From positions 175,090,001 to 175,154,000 of the forward strand of contig NC_058368.1 of the NCBI RefSeq assembly GCF_018350175.1: a stretch of DNA of 64,000 bases, written 5' to 3'. Positions 1-12,099 of this stretch are shown here, in pieces. Source of the DNA: Felis catus. Lineage: Eukaryota. Both the position numbers and the translations under genes were made by a program. Positions within the stretch are counted from its first letter, which is position 1. The number at the start of each line of letters is the position of its first letter. The notes under the pieces were generated by a model. It made no database searches, was not told where the DNA came from, and worked only from the letters and a program-made list of their open reading frames with translations.

Positions 1-267
1 CCCGCGTTTCACAAACACTTCTGCGTGTGCAGGGGAGTCAAGTGGAGGAAGAGTGGAGTTATTTGGGAAGCTCAACCCCCTCGGGTCTCTCAAGCTGGTG
101 AACATGATTGACCTAAGAGGGCAGGAAAGACCTAGTCACCATTCAGAAGTTGGATTCGAACATATTTCCCATTTCTCCAATTCCCCTCCCCCTCCTTCTT
201 CTTTTATGATAATCAACTGCCCTAGGGAAGGCAATGTCACAACATCACATTTTTTCAAAGGCTACTC

Positions 268-394
268 ATGGCAGCTCACTTCTGGTGAAACTGGGACACA
301 TTTGAGAGCGAAAGGGGATGATATTAGTAATTACGTTGGGACGGGAGGCATAAGCTTGGGGTATGCCTGGAAACCAAGGACACAAGGTCACCCC
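268..394. mobile_element. MER94-like hAT-Blackjack DNA transposon relic
   Basis: AAACTGGGACACATTTGAGAGCGAAAGGGG...ATTAGTAATTAC...GGTCACCCC resembles recalled MER94; similar to copies at 43812 and 49945. Confidence 0.6.
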
Positions 395-683
395 GCATAG
401 CCGGCATCTTTTCACAGCTGGAACGCGCAGTGGTCTTGCAGGGAGCCGGACCCGCTGTCCCAAAGCTCATCGTGCACTGAAGTCTGTGCGTCATGCTTGG
501 AAGTGAGCCATAGTTAGAACCTCTTTACTCAGAACCTATTTGTTCTTCATTTGCTCCGGTAGCAAATCAGAAAGATGATGAAATGTGCCGGGCCAGGCAG
601 CCAGCCGTGACAAAGGACAGTCTAAGCTTTGCCCCCCAAAACAAAGTCTAGAGAGAACTTAGCATGCTTGGGACAAATGTTCC

Positions 684-928
684 ATTTATTTATTTAGCTC
701 AATAGATTCTTCTATCTACCTATCTATCTGTCTATCTAGATATCTATCTAGAGAAAGTGCACGCAAGCACAAAGTGCACGGGCAGAGGGAGAGAGAGGGA
801 ATCCTGAGCAGACTCCAGGCTCAGTGTGGAGCCTGACGTGGGGCTCGATCCCACGACCCTGGGATCGGGACCTGAGCTGAAGCCGAGAGTTGGGTGCTCA
901 ACCAACTGCGCCACCCAGGAGGCATCCC
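684..928 (-). mobile_element. Older CanSINE with (TATC)n-converted tail
   Basis: Reverse SINE body GAGCCTGACGTGGGGCTCGATCCCACGACCCTGGGATC...GCCACCCAGG; (TATC)n at ~710-750. Confidence 0.85.
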
Positions 929-959
929 TGGGTTCTTGAATTTAAAATGATGACTTTCT

Positions 960-1176
960 GGGGCGCCTGGGTGGCTCGGTTGGTTGTGCATCCAACTTCA
1001 GCTCAGGTCGTGATCTCGCGGTCCGTGGGTTCGAGCCCTGCATCGGGCCTGTGCTGACAGCTCAGAGCCTGGAGCCTGTTTCAGATTCTGTGTCTCCCTC
1101 TCTCTCTGCCCCTCCCCCGTTCATGCTCTGTCTCTCTCTGTCTCAAAAATAAATAAACATTACAAAAAAAATTAAA
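960..1176 (+). mobile_element. CanSINE (SINEC_Fc-type)
   Basis: GGGGCGCCTGGGTGGCTC head, B-box GGTTCGAGCCC, CT-rich region, AAAAATAAATAAAC A-tail. Confidence 0.95.
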
Positions 1177-1410
1177 TAGTCAGCATGCTTCAGGCATGGT
1201 CCGTCTGGACCCCCACGTGTACAGATTGGACAGCAGGGTCCATTGCTGAAACGCTGGTGTTCCTCAGCCTCTGTGTGCAAAGGTGGTAAACTCAGGGTCA
1301 GTTCATGAGCTGGTCTAGAACCCTGTTTGGGAAACTGAAGAGAGGTCCTCAAAGGGGAAACCCAGCGCCCTTGTGAAACCACCCACGGACACTCTCTGAG
1401 AAGAAGGACT

Positions 1411-1990
1411 TGTAATAGGTCAACTTACAAGATATCAGAAAGCTTATTGTATATAAGTTCGTCTTAAACTCACCTTTCAGGAATAATCGAGATAAAAGCT
1501 TAGGAAGTTCTCTATTAGGGTTATCGGAAATTACTAGCCGCCCTATCTCGCTTCTGTAACTTCGCCTGCTTGCTAAATGGATAACTTAGGTTGCAAAACG
1601 CTCCCCCATCCCTTCTACCAAGATCTGGCCTAGGCAAAGACCAACATGTAAAAAGTCACGAACTCACTGCCCCACGGTATCTTAGGTGTCTCACCACGAT
1701 TGGTCATTTTAAACCCTCTTAGGACAAAGAACTTTAAATTGATAGGTTCCCGCCAACACTAACGTCTGTGTGTCACAATATAATTGGCTACCATGAAATG
1801 CTGTAAATCGTAATTGGTTAACCAAATAATGACGTATTCGGACTTGCTAAAATCCATATAAGCTCACTGCTGCCTTTGTTCGGGGCCGTGCTCTGCCCTT
1901 TTCTCCTTAAGATCAGGAGATCAGGTTTGGCCCGGCCGTGAAGAAAATCTTGCCTCGCTTCTATTCGGCGTCTGGTGGTTTTTTTCAACA
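1411..1990 (+). mobile_element. Probable solo ERV LTR (family not identified)
   Basis: TGTAA...CAACA termini; three ATTGG boxes (1699,1783,1813), TGACGTA (1830), TATAA (1857), AAGAAA in polyA-signal position (1941); no PBS after; TSD not convincing, so ends are uncertain. Confidence 0.65.
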
Positions 1991-3459
1991 GCACCCTGTT
2001 TCGGGACTGAGCTAGTTTCCCTCCCTGGGGCCCCCAAACTCTCCGCTCTGGCTGAAGCAGCAACGTCGCCGGTGTCCAAACAGTAGGAGGCACAAATCTT
2101 CCCAGCACTTGAACGTGCCCATGCCTGTTTCGTGGACAGGAGACAAAAGATGTGGAGAAGCATCTTCCAGGGGCCTGAATGGTGTCGGTCATGCAGTGGA
2201 TGTTCAGGGCTGTGGATTGTGTCGTGTGACTGAACCCTTATGTGATATTTAGCTCGTGTACCTTTTTTTGTAATTCTGACGCATCGCATCCTCCGAAGGG
2301 CAGGGCCCAGAGCAGGACGCAGCCTTCCCTGGGTCTGAGGGCCTTACTGACCAGAAGCAGGAAGTGTTGGCTTGGCCGGGTTGATGGGTGAGCCTCCTCA
2401 TCTCCGTCAGCCCCTCCAGCCACACCAGAGAAATTTACAGTCTAAGGAAAAGCAATGCGCTTGCCTGAAGATGTGACTTCAATCGAGGCCCCAGTGTTCC
2501 TCGTAGAACATCTCTAGCTGATTCCTGGACACGTGGGGAGAAGGAAGGGTTTTCAAAACAGTCAATCCAGAAGTCAGCCAGGTCCCCTCGCTGTCTGGTT
2601 TTCACAGTAAATCTTGTTCTAATTTCGGTCCTTCCAGCACCTGTCAAAGACCGAAGCTCTACCTCGAGGGGCTTACACTTCTCTCTCCTTCTGGGCATCC
2701 ATTTCCTGGGGCTTTTATCTCTTTGGGTGCTCTCCCCATTCTGGGCTACATCCTTCCCGGCCAAAATGCTCGAACTCCTCAGAGAAACGAAACAAAGCCA
2801 AAAGGCTCGAACAAACAGGAAGTCTGTACGAGAACGGCATCACCGGAGAATTTGTGAAAAATTCTGTTTGTCCTCACGTGGGTTCGGAGCACAGCCGCTC
2901 AAGAGACGAGCGAAAATCAAATACAATTCGGGTTTTGTCCGTTTTTTGGGATTCCTTGAGAGTTGAAAATGAGCATCACAAGGGAACACATAGAACAAAT
3001 TACCATGAATCTGTCCTCGGGGGATCCTCCAACTCTGTTAATGGACCAGGTGTTAATTTGCTGACTGTCAAGGTCAGAAGGGACAGGAAGCACATCTACT
3101 CTCCTGATGGATTGTCAGACTTATTTGGCGATGGAACCCTTCTTTTCAAACAGGCTCATTCAGATGCCTGAGATGTTATGCAGATAAACACAGAAATTCT
3201 CCTGCTGAAGCAAGGGTTCGAGACCCCCTCGAGAATGTGTGTTCTCATCGAGGCCTATGACCTCACGTTCAGCCCTCAACTCCTCAATGTCCAATAGGAC
3301 ATTCTGTGCGCCACGTTTTGGGGTGAGAGCCCCGGAATTAGAGCAACAACTAAGGAAGGTACCTTTCGCCTCTGCAGGGCAGTCAATCCAGTGACAAAGA
3401 CCACTTCCCACTTCTTTGACTGTTACCTGGAATGGTGTGTTTTCCTTGTTCTGTTTGTT

Positions 3460-3545
3460 CGGAATTATAGTTGACATACAGCGTTATATTAGTTTCAGGT
3501 TTACAACATAGTGACTCACAATCCTATACCCTACAGGGTCTTCTG
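3460..3545 (-). mobile_element. Carnivore L1 3' end fragment
   Basis: TATAGTTGACATACAGCGTTATATTAGTTTCAGGTTTACAACATAGTGA matches reverse L1 3'UTR end; similar to 24310. Confidence 0.7.
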
Positions 3546-3859
3546 TAACGAAGCTAGACTAGCCTTTGCCTCAGCTCTTGCAACCCCAAAAGATCCTGGG
3601 ACAATTTGACTTCTCTAGTGACGAAAGCCATAGGACTCTTCATGACACGGTCATTCTCTGAGGGGAAGGAAAACATTTTAGAGTCGGGGCCTGCCGTGTG
3701 CAGGTAGGAGGAGGTTTGTTCGCAAGGCTGGGCCCACTTCGTCTCACGCCCTGTCACTGAAACACACAGGCAAAAGAGGACCGGAGGAAACAGGTCTATT
3801 TTTCCATTCACTTCATCGTGCCGTCATTCCGTCGCTATTCCCTGGGTGTCCACTTGGTC

Positions 3860-4050
3860 CCCTATGGCGGAGGCTCAGTCTGGTGGGGACAGGAAAATAA
3901 AATGATGGCAACACAGTGTAATCGCTACTTTGATAGAGACAAGCAAGGTGCCCTGGGAACACTAGAAAGAAGGGCAAATAAATGCCTGGGCGGGAGAGTG
4001 GGGAACGCCAAAGAAGATCGTATTTGAATTCAGACGTGGAGATGACGCAA
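3860..4050 (-). mobile_element. L2 fragment
   Basis: Purine-rich degenerate match (ACACAGTGTAAT...GGTGCCCTGGGAACAC...TATTTGAATTCAGAC) to recalled L2. Confidence 0.5.
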
Positions 4051-5013
4051 ACTTCTGCCACTCATCTGGCTCCTTCCCCGGGAGGTGGGGTCTGCTCGTG
4101 CCCACTCAACTTAGATCAGGCCCCCTGTCCTCTGTGGTTTCTAAAGAGGCCGTGTTCTGTGCAACAGGACATCTTGCACCATTAGGAGAACCCTTGAGGT
4201 CGATTACCTGACAATGCCTCATGTGTTAGTCACACTGCCCCCAGGGCTGGCCATTGACAAGCTTCCTGGCCGGTGACGTGGGTCAGAGTGTGCTGATCCT
4301 GCACTGGACAGAGGAGGTTGGGGAGGAGGAAGGCGGGGGTGTCAGAGGGTCTCGAATGTGACTCTTGCCAGAACACGTGGGTGGGGGCTTGGTTCAGGTC
4401 TGGGTGGGAGCCAGTAGGACCACAGGCGGGGAGGCGCCCTGACCAGGCTCAGCGCCTCCTGTTTGCTGAGCGACCCCGGGCAAATCTCTGCACCTCAGAG
4501 AGCCTCTCTCACCCCCTCCCCCACACCTATCTCTTCCCCTCAATCTTAGTTTAAAAAAAAAAAATCCTTTTGTTCCTAGTGAAATAATTACTATCTTCTA
4601 AATGTTATGAAGCACAGATTTTTATACTTCATGGTGAAAATAAGATAACCAGAGTCCAGCCCATAAATGAAGACTCTTGACGATGTCGTGACCATGGGGA
4701 CATGTACAGCTGCCCCTGGGACTCTCCTCCTTTCTTTCGAAGACCTTTCGGGATGCGGTGCAGCCTCAGAAAACGCAAAGGTAAATCCAACCCTTATTCC
4801 ACAGAGGAGCAGACTGGAGCCCAGAGAGCTGGAAGCAAAGCCAGGGCTTGGGTTGAAATCCCCCAAGCCCGGCCCCGTAATCTTGGCTCTACAATTCAGT
4901 CTTCCTCCCTCCTCCTCTCTCCAGTCTGCCTACTGGCAACAAGTTTCCTGCAGAAGGGTCTGCGGAAAGGGAGCCCAAATCGACTGCACCGTCCAATTAA
5001 ATGCTCCATTTTA

Positions 5014-5247
5014 GGGGCGCCTGGGTGGCGCAGTCGGTTAAGCGTCCGACTTCAGCCAGGTCACGATCTCGCGGTCCATGGGTTCGCGCCCCGCGTCGGG
5101 CTCTGGGCTGATGGCTCAGAGCCTGGAGCCTGCTTCTGATTCTGTGTCTCCCTCTCTCTCTGCCCCTCCCCCGTTCATGCTCTGTCTCTCTCTGTCCCAA
5201 AAATAAATAAATGTTGAAAAAAAAATTAAAAAAAAAATAAAATAAAA
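5014..5247 (+). mobile_element. Young CanSINE (SINEC_Fc)
   Basis: Full length; perfect TSD TAAATGCTCCATTTTA at 4998-5013 and 5248-5263. Confidence 0.98.
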
Positions 5248-5886
5248 TAAATGCTCCATTTTAAAGATGACAAATACCGTAAAAGTTTCAACTCTTCCAG
5301 CTCTGAACATTTCCACCACATAATTTAATCAGATTCGGAAGGATGGCGGTTGGTTGATGAAAGCAATTCTCGAAACATTGCCAGATGCAAGGAGGGAGGC
5401 ATCTACTGCCTCAACTGCCCTGTTCTCTCCTCTCCTCGGGGCAAGGACAGCCTGACCACGTCTAGTGCAGGCCCCCCATTCACCTTTCACTTAACTGCCC
5501 CCAGCGCAGGTGGAACCCTGACCCAGGGACCAATCAGAATCTGTCCTGGGAGATTTTTTTTCCCCCCCAAACTCCAGAAACTAGTATCTTGGTGCTGTAC
5601 TTTCAGGAAAGCATGCCAAATTGTTCGCCATTATCCATGTGGCGACTGCCTTTTGAACCTCCACTGGTTTTTTTTTCAGTGCTTTTGCCTTCCTGGGTCT
5701 CCGTATAGTAAAACCCGAGTCCCAGAATCTGGACTTGGGCTTTTTCCCTTTTTTCCGAGTGGCTGGCAATCTCACATGCTCATCGTTTTCGTTTGTGTGC
5801 GATTGTAGGGTATTATTTCATCTTTTCTGATGTAGTTTTGTGTTTGCGAGTAAAGCGTCAACATGGGTTATTAAAAGGTTCACTCA

Positions 5887-6100
5887 GGGGCGCCTGGGTG
5901 GCGCCGTCGGTTAAGCGTCTGACTTCGGCCAGGTCACGATCTCGCGGTCCGTGAGTTCAAGCCCCGCGTCGGGCTCTGGCTGATGGCTCGGAGCCTGGAG
6001 CCTGTTTCCGATTCTGTGTCTCCCTCTCTCTCTGCCCCTCCCCCGTTCATGCTCTGTCTCTCTCTGTCCCAAAAATAAATAAACGTTGAAAAAAAAAAAA
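5887..6100 (+). mobile_element. Young CanSINE (SINEC_Fc)
   Basis: Full length; TSD AAAAGGTTCACTCA flanks both ends. Confidence 0.98.
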
Positions 6101-6228
6101 AAAGGTTCACTCAGTTTCCCTTTTCCATCCCTTCACTTTACTGGTCACACCCACCTCTTAGAGTCAAACAGCTGGGTGTTTTGTTTTGTTTTTAATGTTA
6201 GTTTCTGGCTCGTCTTCTCGTGTCTCTC

Positions 6229-6449
6229 TTTAATTTTTTTTTTTAAAGTGTTTATTCATTTTTGAGAGTCAGGGAGGCACAGACCGCCAGCAGGGGAGGG
6301 GCAGAGAGAGAGCGAGACCCAGAACCCGAAGCAGGCTCCAGGCTCCGAGCTGTCGGCACAGAGCCCGATGCGGGGCTCGAACTCACAAACCGGAAGATCG
6401 TGACCGAGCTGAAGTCGGACGCTTAACGGACTAGCCACGCAGGTGCGCC
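6229..6449 (-). mobile_element. CanSINE
   Basis: Reverse full-length SINE, T-rich tail, degenerate TSD GTGTCTCT. Confidence 0.93.
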
Positions 6450-6860
6450 TTGTGTCTCTTTTTCAAAAATAAGCCTATGAGTGTTTTTGTTGAGCAATAT
6501 ATCCCACAAGTCCCTACCTATCAGATTATAGAGGTTTTCCCCATAAATTGTGCACTGTGTCCCTACACAATGTTTACTGACCCGGTTACTTCTGGTTGGA
6601 CATTGAAATGCTTCCCTGCTTCGCTCTCAATAATACCGCAGCGAATAACTTGTGCGTTCGCTTTTTTGTATCGTTGACGGCTCCTGGGAGATTTTGAAGG
6701 AGTACCAAGAGGAACATTTTTAGGAAAATGTAAGCCTGAAGCTGTAGGGAACTCTGAGCCGTCCCTTGGTTGAGAAAGCTGGTCTGCAGGGAGAAATGAT
6801 GCCATCTGCCCTCAGAGAGAGGATCACAGAGAGTTCTGGAGACATGAAAATCTCTAGTTT

Positions 6861-7050
6861 TTCAGTTTAATTTAATTTTTTTCTTTTGAGGGAGAGCCAG
6901 CACAAGAGGGGGAGGGGGCAGAGGGAGAGAGAGAGAGAGAAAGAATCCCAAGCAGGCTCCATGCCAGGTTTGATCCAATGACCCTGGGACTGTGACCCGA
7001 GACGAAATCGAGAGCTGCACGTTCAGCTGACTGAGCCACCCAGGCACCCC
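6861..7050 (-). mobile_element. Older CanSINE
   Basis: GAATCCCAAGCAGGCTCC...GAGCCACCCAGGCACCCC; degenerate TSD AAAATCTCTAGTTT/AAAGTCTCTGGTTT. Confidence 0.88.
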
Positions 7051-7077
7051 TAAAGTCTCTGGTTTGATTTGCTGATT

Positions 7078-7328
7078 TTATTTTAATTTACTTTTTCAAA
7101 GACTTGATTGGTTTTGAGCAGTTTTCCGTTCGCAGGAAAACTGAAAGGAAGGTACGGAGAGTTCCCGTTCACCCCTCCCTTCCACAAGCTTAGCTTCCTC
7201 TGCCACCAGCACCCCCACCCGTGTCTCGCACTTGTCACAACCAATGAACTCACACTGATACGTCATAATCGCTTAGAGCCCAGAGTTCACATTCCTCTTG
7301 GCTCTTGCGGTTGTACGTTCTGTGGGTT
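7078..7328 (-). mobile_element. Old L1 (L1MB/L1MC-type) 3' end
   Basis: GAGCAGTTTT...GGTACGGAGAGTTCCC...CAATGAACTCACACTGATACGTCATAATC...GGTTGTACGTTCTGTGGGTT resembles recalled L1MC 3'UTR. Confidence 0.75.
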
Positions 7329-7559
7329 CCAGGATTAGGAGGTAGACACAACTTGTGGGGGGCCACCACTCGACCCCCCTACTCTCACGTCTCCAGGAGT
7401 TAGTAGATCAAGCACCAAATCCAGGCACCCACGACCAGAGCCCTTTCTAAGGAATCACCACGGATCCCAACAGGAAGAGGCCCTTGGAGTCATAGGACTG
7501 GGGGTTACCCAGACCCCTTTTCATGATCTTCTCTCTTTTAATTTACTGCTGGTGGAACG

Positions 7560-7960
7560 GGGGCCCCGATACCGTAAATGATTTGCACTGAATCTCGTGG
7601 CCCATTCTTTGCCAGAATCATCTATAATCTTGGCATGCCATCTGAAAAAAATCAAGCTCACTTCTAGAAGCTTCTGAGCTCTCTTTCTTCGGGGGAGGGG
7701 GAGGGGAGAGGAAGGTGACCTGGAGCCAGCTTATTAAGTTAATAAGACTCATTCTAGAGGCTTCCAGGATTTTTATCACTATTATTTTTTATTGGCAGAG
7801 GGAGAAGGGTTCCTCTGCAAAGGATCATAGCAGTCCACGTTGCAAAGCAGCTGGCTCTCCACTTGATGGATGGTTGATTACACTTTATTAAAAGCCATTA
7901 CAATTTCCAGCATTTGTCATACAAAACTATCTTCTAACAAACACCAGCTTGTTAGAGGCT
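7560..7960. promoter_or_regulatory. Candidate non-coding regulatory element
   Basis: Repeat-free, rich in TAAT/TTTAT motifs; palindrome CTTATTAA-G-TTAATAAG 7730-7746; inference from composition only. Confidence 0.35.
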
Positions 7961-8299
7961 GGCTGTTGGGAACTGAATCGGTCTTGTTTTTCTCCTACCT
8001 CGTCAACTCCAACCCTAGCACCCAATCAAACTTTGACAATCAAAACCCCTGACAAGTTTCCTAATAGATTCGAAACAGGTGGGGACGGCACGGTCTATTG
8101 CAGTAGCACCCAGAAAACATGAAATATATCAAAACCCACTCCCTACTGCCTACTTGCTTCCCCTTTAGAAAACCAGACAGAAACAGAGCTAAATGGACCA
8201 TCTCTTTCTGTGCAAGCCATTACCAGCTAAACGCTTTAAAAAAAAAAAAAAAAAAAAGAAGGAAAAGAAAAAAGAAACCGAAAGAAAGAAACCCAGAGC

Positions 8300-8600
8300 A
8301 GCCCCTGTTGAGCTCGCATAATAATGAAAAGCAGTCTGGTTGCAGTGTTGGTGGTGGTACAGGGCCTGGTGCGGAAATCTTGATCAAAGCCTCTTGGCAT
8401 GTGAAGTCATCAGTAATTCGACAGCCTATTTGGGTGAAAAGAGCTCTTTTCTGGCTGTCCCCCTTCAGGCCCACCCCAGAGAGGGGCACGACTCAAGCAA
8501 ACAAGGCCGCTGGCAAATCGAGACACCTCTTCGCAAGCAAGACGTGATACGGAACACGAGTCAGGGCGGCCGCCGGAGGGCGCGATCGGGTTTCACTGGC
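8300..8600. promoter_or_regulatory. Candidate non-coding regulatory element
   Basis: Repeat-free; TCF/LEF-type ATCAAAG 8383-8389, TAAT sites, 16-bp palindrome 8436-8451, CpG cluster ~8545-8590. Confidence 0.35.
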
Positions 8601-9269
8601 CTGTCATCTGTTCTGGCCAGGCCTGAGCATCCTTCACAGAGCCCCGGGGCAGTGGCCTTTGACCCAGATAAAACTGCAAAGCAGCTCTCGCAGGGAGCCA
8701 CTGCCCATCCAGGAAAGGGGAGGTGACAGCTTCAGGAATGGGAGAGTCCGATGGCAAGGGGTCAGTCTGGCTAATGACGATTTCATAAAACATTTTGGCC
8801 CTGGGGGGGGGGGGGCTCCGACCCCAATACCGGGAAGGCAGAGAAAACGGCCCAGGGGAAGTGACAACATCCAAGCGGAAACACGTTTGGGGAGGGACCG
8901 TGAAACACATACTCTTCCCAAACGGAGTCTCCAAAATGGTCATTTTTATCATGCTTAAAGTAATATTTATTGACAAAATTATTATTCACACCATTATGAC
9001 AAGATACTAGCGGAAGAATTGTCTAATATGTGAACTGGTCTGTCAGTGGTCAGACTGTGATACGCACAGGAAAAAAAAAATGATAGAAGGGTAAAACGTT
9101 AGTTTTGTTTACTTTTGTACCTATCGATGGTACAGCCATACGTCCTTCAGGTCCATCCCCAGAAATGGATCTTCTGAATTCGGAATCTGGTTATGCTTTT
9201 GTTTCCAAAATGAGAAGGTCAGGAGGTAGAGAGGAGTGGAGGGAGGGAGCAAGAGAGGAGAGGACAGAT

Positions 9270-9650
9270 TAAGCTGAGGGACCGGTGTGTGCAAAGGCAC
9301 TGGGGCGGAAGGTACAGGACAGGCTTGAGGAATCCTTAACACATCAGTTTGACTGGAATACAAATTTTGTTTAAGGGAGTTCTGAGAAAAAGCATTCGAA
9401 AGAGATTGGCACCAGTTGTAGAGGTCCTTTGGTATCTAACCAGAGAATTTGGGTTGGGTTTTCTTCAGCAAGAAATGAAAAACCCAGCTTTTGAGCAAGG
9501 TGGTCATGGACCCCAAGTTGTGCTTTATGAACTCGACAGTGAATTCAACCTGGTTCTAGGTTTGGGGAGGGACACGAAGTTTGAATACATGGTCATATCC
9601 CTGGAGGAGATAAAAATGGGGGCTGGGAGACCCGAGGCATATACACAGCA
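9270..9650 (-). mobile_element. L2 fragment
   Basis: GTGTGCAAAGGCACTGGGGCGGAA...GAATTTGGG...TTTTGAGCAAGG typical of reverse L2. Confidence 0.65.
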
Positions 9651-9699
9651 ACGTCTAGAGAGTGATTACAAGTTCACATTAACAAGTGTGTCCAGGGCC

Positions 9700-9850
9700 T
9701 TGTCTTGTACTAACAGTTGGTCCCAAGGGTCCAAGTCACTTTGCCTTCCTGAGCTTCTGTTCCCAGATCTTTGAAATAGGCATTACAATCATCGTAGGCG
9801 ATAAATGGGCTAAGCCATGTGAGGGTACATGACAGCACTTTCCGAATGAC
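9700..9850 (+). mobile_element. MIR
   Basis: CAAGTCACTTTGCCTTCCTGAGCTTCTGTTCCCAGATCTTTGAAATAGG core. Confidence 0.6.
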
Positions 9851-9951
9851 AGATTCAGGGAAAATGGAGCTTCTGTGTTAGAAAGAAAGTTTCTCATCTT
9901 TGACGGATAAAAGAATCATTTTCCAGGTGTAGTAGCATAGGTCTCATTTTA

Positions 9952-10185
9952 TTTTATTTATTTATTTTTTTAATTTTTTTTTCAACGTTTATTTATTTTT
10001 GGGACAGAGAGAGACAGAGCATGAACGGGGGAGGGGCAGAGAGAGAGGGAGACACAGAATCGGAAACAGGCTCCAGGCTCCGAGCCATCAGCCCAGAGCC
10101 CGACGCGGGGCTCGAACTCACGGACCGCGAGATCGTGACCTGGCTGACGTCGGACGCTTAACCGACTGCGCCACCCAGGTGCCCC
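9952..10185 (-). mobile_element. Young CanSINE (SINEC_Fc)
   Basis: Full length reverse; TSD GGTCTCATTTTA. Confidence 0.98.
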
Positions 10186-10664
10186 AGGGTCTCATTTTAC
10201 ATAGAGTTTTATGTAAGGTTTTAGATAGCCCCTTTTATCCCCCTCCAACTTTAAGACGCTAGGAGAAAATATGAGAAATCCCATGTAAAATGAAAGACCA
10301 TGGGGAAGGGGATGAGGGAATGTGGCCCTCTTTGGCCCAGAGAACGGGGCTCTGATTCAGCTCAACGTTCGTACCTTCCAGGCACCCTTGTAATCAGTAA
10401 CTAGAAAACATCCAAATCCGAATGTGAACCGTCTGGGAAGAAAGCCCCATCTAGAACACCCAAACCTACTGGTCTTCAGAGACCGATCTCTATTTATTCC
10501 CTGACTGGACCAGAAGGAAGATGGAAAAACACAAACAAAAACGTTTGCGCAGCTCCTTGTTGGCATAGTCTGGGTAACTTTGTATATGTTAATGTCAGTG
10601 TTATTGTTCAGAGGGGTCCACCCGAGAAGTTTTGGGATCGCCCTGAGGACCAAGGACATCACAG

Positions 10665-10870
10665 CCAATTACATCTGTAGGCATTTACTAGAGGACAACT
10701 TTATTTTAGACACCATGCTCGGGCCTGGGGAGATGGAATTGGAGGGCCCAAAATTGAGTAATTACATCTTTGCCTTAAAGAAATTTACCACCCGATGGAG
10801 GAAGAAGGTGGAACTAGGAATGTAGACCAGTGATCTTAATGCAAGGCAGAATGTTAAGAAAAGAACTGAA
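10665..10870 (-). mobile_element. L2 3' end
   Basis: GGCATTTACTAGAGGACAACT...AGACACCATGCTCGGGCCTGGGGAGA. Confidence 0.55.
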
Positions 10871-11215
10871 ATTCTATCAATTGTATTTTATTTTATTTGT
10901 GTGATGTGTGCTAAGCCTAATTTCAGACCCCAAATCAGAACACATAAATGATAGCTACGCTCACTCTGATTGGGAGAGGCAGAGTAAATACCAAATTATT
11001 GTTGAAAGTTCTAAGGACATCTGTTAGGTTGATGGGTACAATTGGACCAACTATTTTAAATTGACACAGTCTCATAGATTTATTATAAGTAAAATGGAGG
11101 TATGTGAGGCAGATGTTGAAAAGTTTATACAACAAAAATTTTCTTCTGGAAGACCATTGCATTCATTTGGAAGAAATAACTTGATATCTTGTTTAGGGTA
11201 GAAAGTGAGACTCTA

Positions 11216-11446
11216 GGGGCGCCTGGGTGGCTTGGTCGGTTAAGCGTCCGACTTCGGCTCAGGTCATGATCTCATGGTCCGTGAGTTCGAGCCCCGCGTC
11301 GGGCTCTGTGCTGACAGCTCAGAGCCTGGAGCCTGCTTCAGATTCTGTGTCTCCCTCTCTCTCTGCTCCTCCCCTGTTCATGCTCTGTCTCTCTCTGTCT
11401 CAAAAATAAATAAACGTTAAAAAAAAAAATTAAAAAAAAAAAAGAA
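11216..11446 (+). mobile_element. CanSINE
   Basis: Full length; perfect TSD AGAAAGTGAGACTCTA at 11200-11215 and 11447-11462. Confidence 0.98.
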
Positions 11447-12099
11447 AGAAAGTGAGACTCTAAGGGAATATCAGAGTAACAAATGCGAAGTCCCTGGGTG
11501 GACGGCTAAGGAGGAAAGAAAATAGAGAGCTAATTGGGGGTGGTCCATGATATAAGGCAAAGAAAGAGACCTCCGCATGGGGAATGGAAGTTTGAGGAAG
11601 AGGGACCGTGGACAAGTGGGGATGACTAATGACCGAGGGTGAACATTTTTCCTTGTCAGAATCCCCCAGGGAATTCTACAGGAATGGGGGAAATGCTTGA
11701 TGTTCAATGCTTTGCCATGGAAACTGGCTAAGGCGTGCCCAGAGTGCCATAGGGGGAGGGCATAAGCCCTGCAAATCTGCACGGTTCAGAAAGACACGGT
11801 GCTGCGCGTTTGACCTGTTTGGATCTCAAGAGCTGGAACCAGCAGCTAGCATCTGAACTACAAGTACAAGGCCGCGTGATGCGAACGTTAGAACGAGGGG
11901 GAAACTGAGTCCAACTGAGAAATAGGATTCCCTTTTCAGAGGAGGCAAAAAACAAACACCAGTGGTTCAAATTCACCCTGAGGAGTCCCCACTTTGGGTG
12001 GGATACAGTAGGCTCACCACTCCCACGATTCCTGAGCTCTAACTGAAAATCTTTGCATTTGAGCGTCCCAGGAGCAGAATTCTTATTTAAGTCCATGAC

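Noticed and set aside
549..567. ATTTGCT-CCGGT-AGCAAAT inverted repeat resembling a MAF site
   Set aside because: Core GACTC is absent, and 7-bp arms are expected by chance in 64 kb
1991..2070. Primer-binding site or proviral interior after the LTR
   Set aside because: Nearby TGG motifs do not match tRNA 3' ends I know, and no gag/pol-like ORF follows
4997..5200. Recurring ORFs MGQRETEHERGRGRERGRHRI... and MAQSVKRPTSAQV... that look like a multicopy gene family
   Set aside because: They are translations of CanSINE sequence in different frames
8119..8547. ORF with an NLS-like poly-Lys/Arg stretch
   Set aside because: The basic run is a translated A-rich tract
10880..11195. AT-rich segment with a short open frame (MEVCEADVEKFIQQ...) as a possible exon or pseudogene
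   Set aside because: No recognisable protein and no clear splice context; may be an old repeat I cannot name
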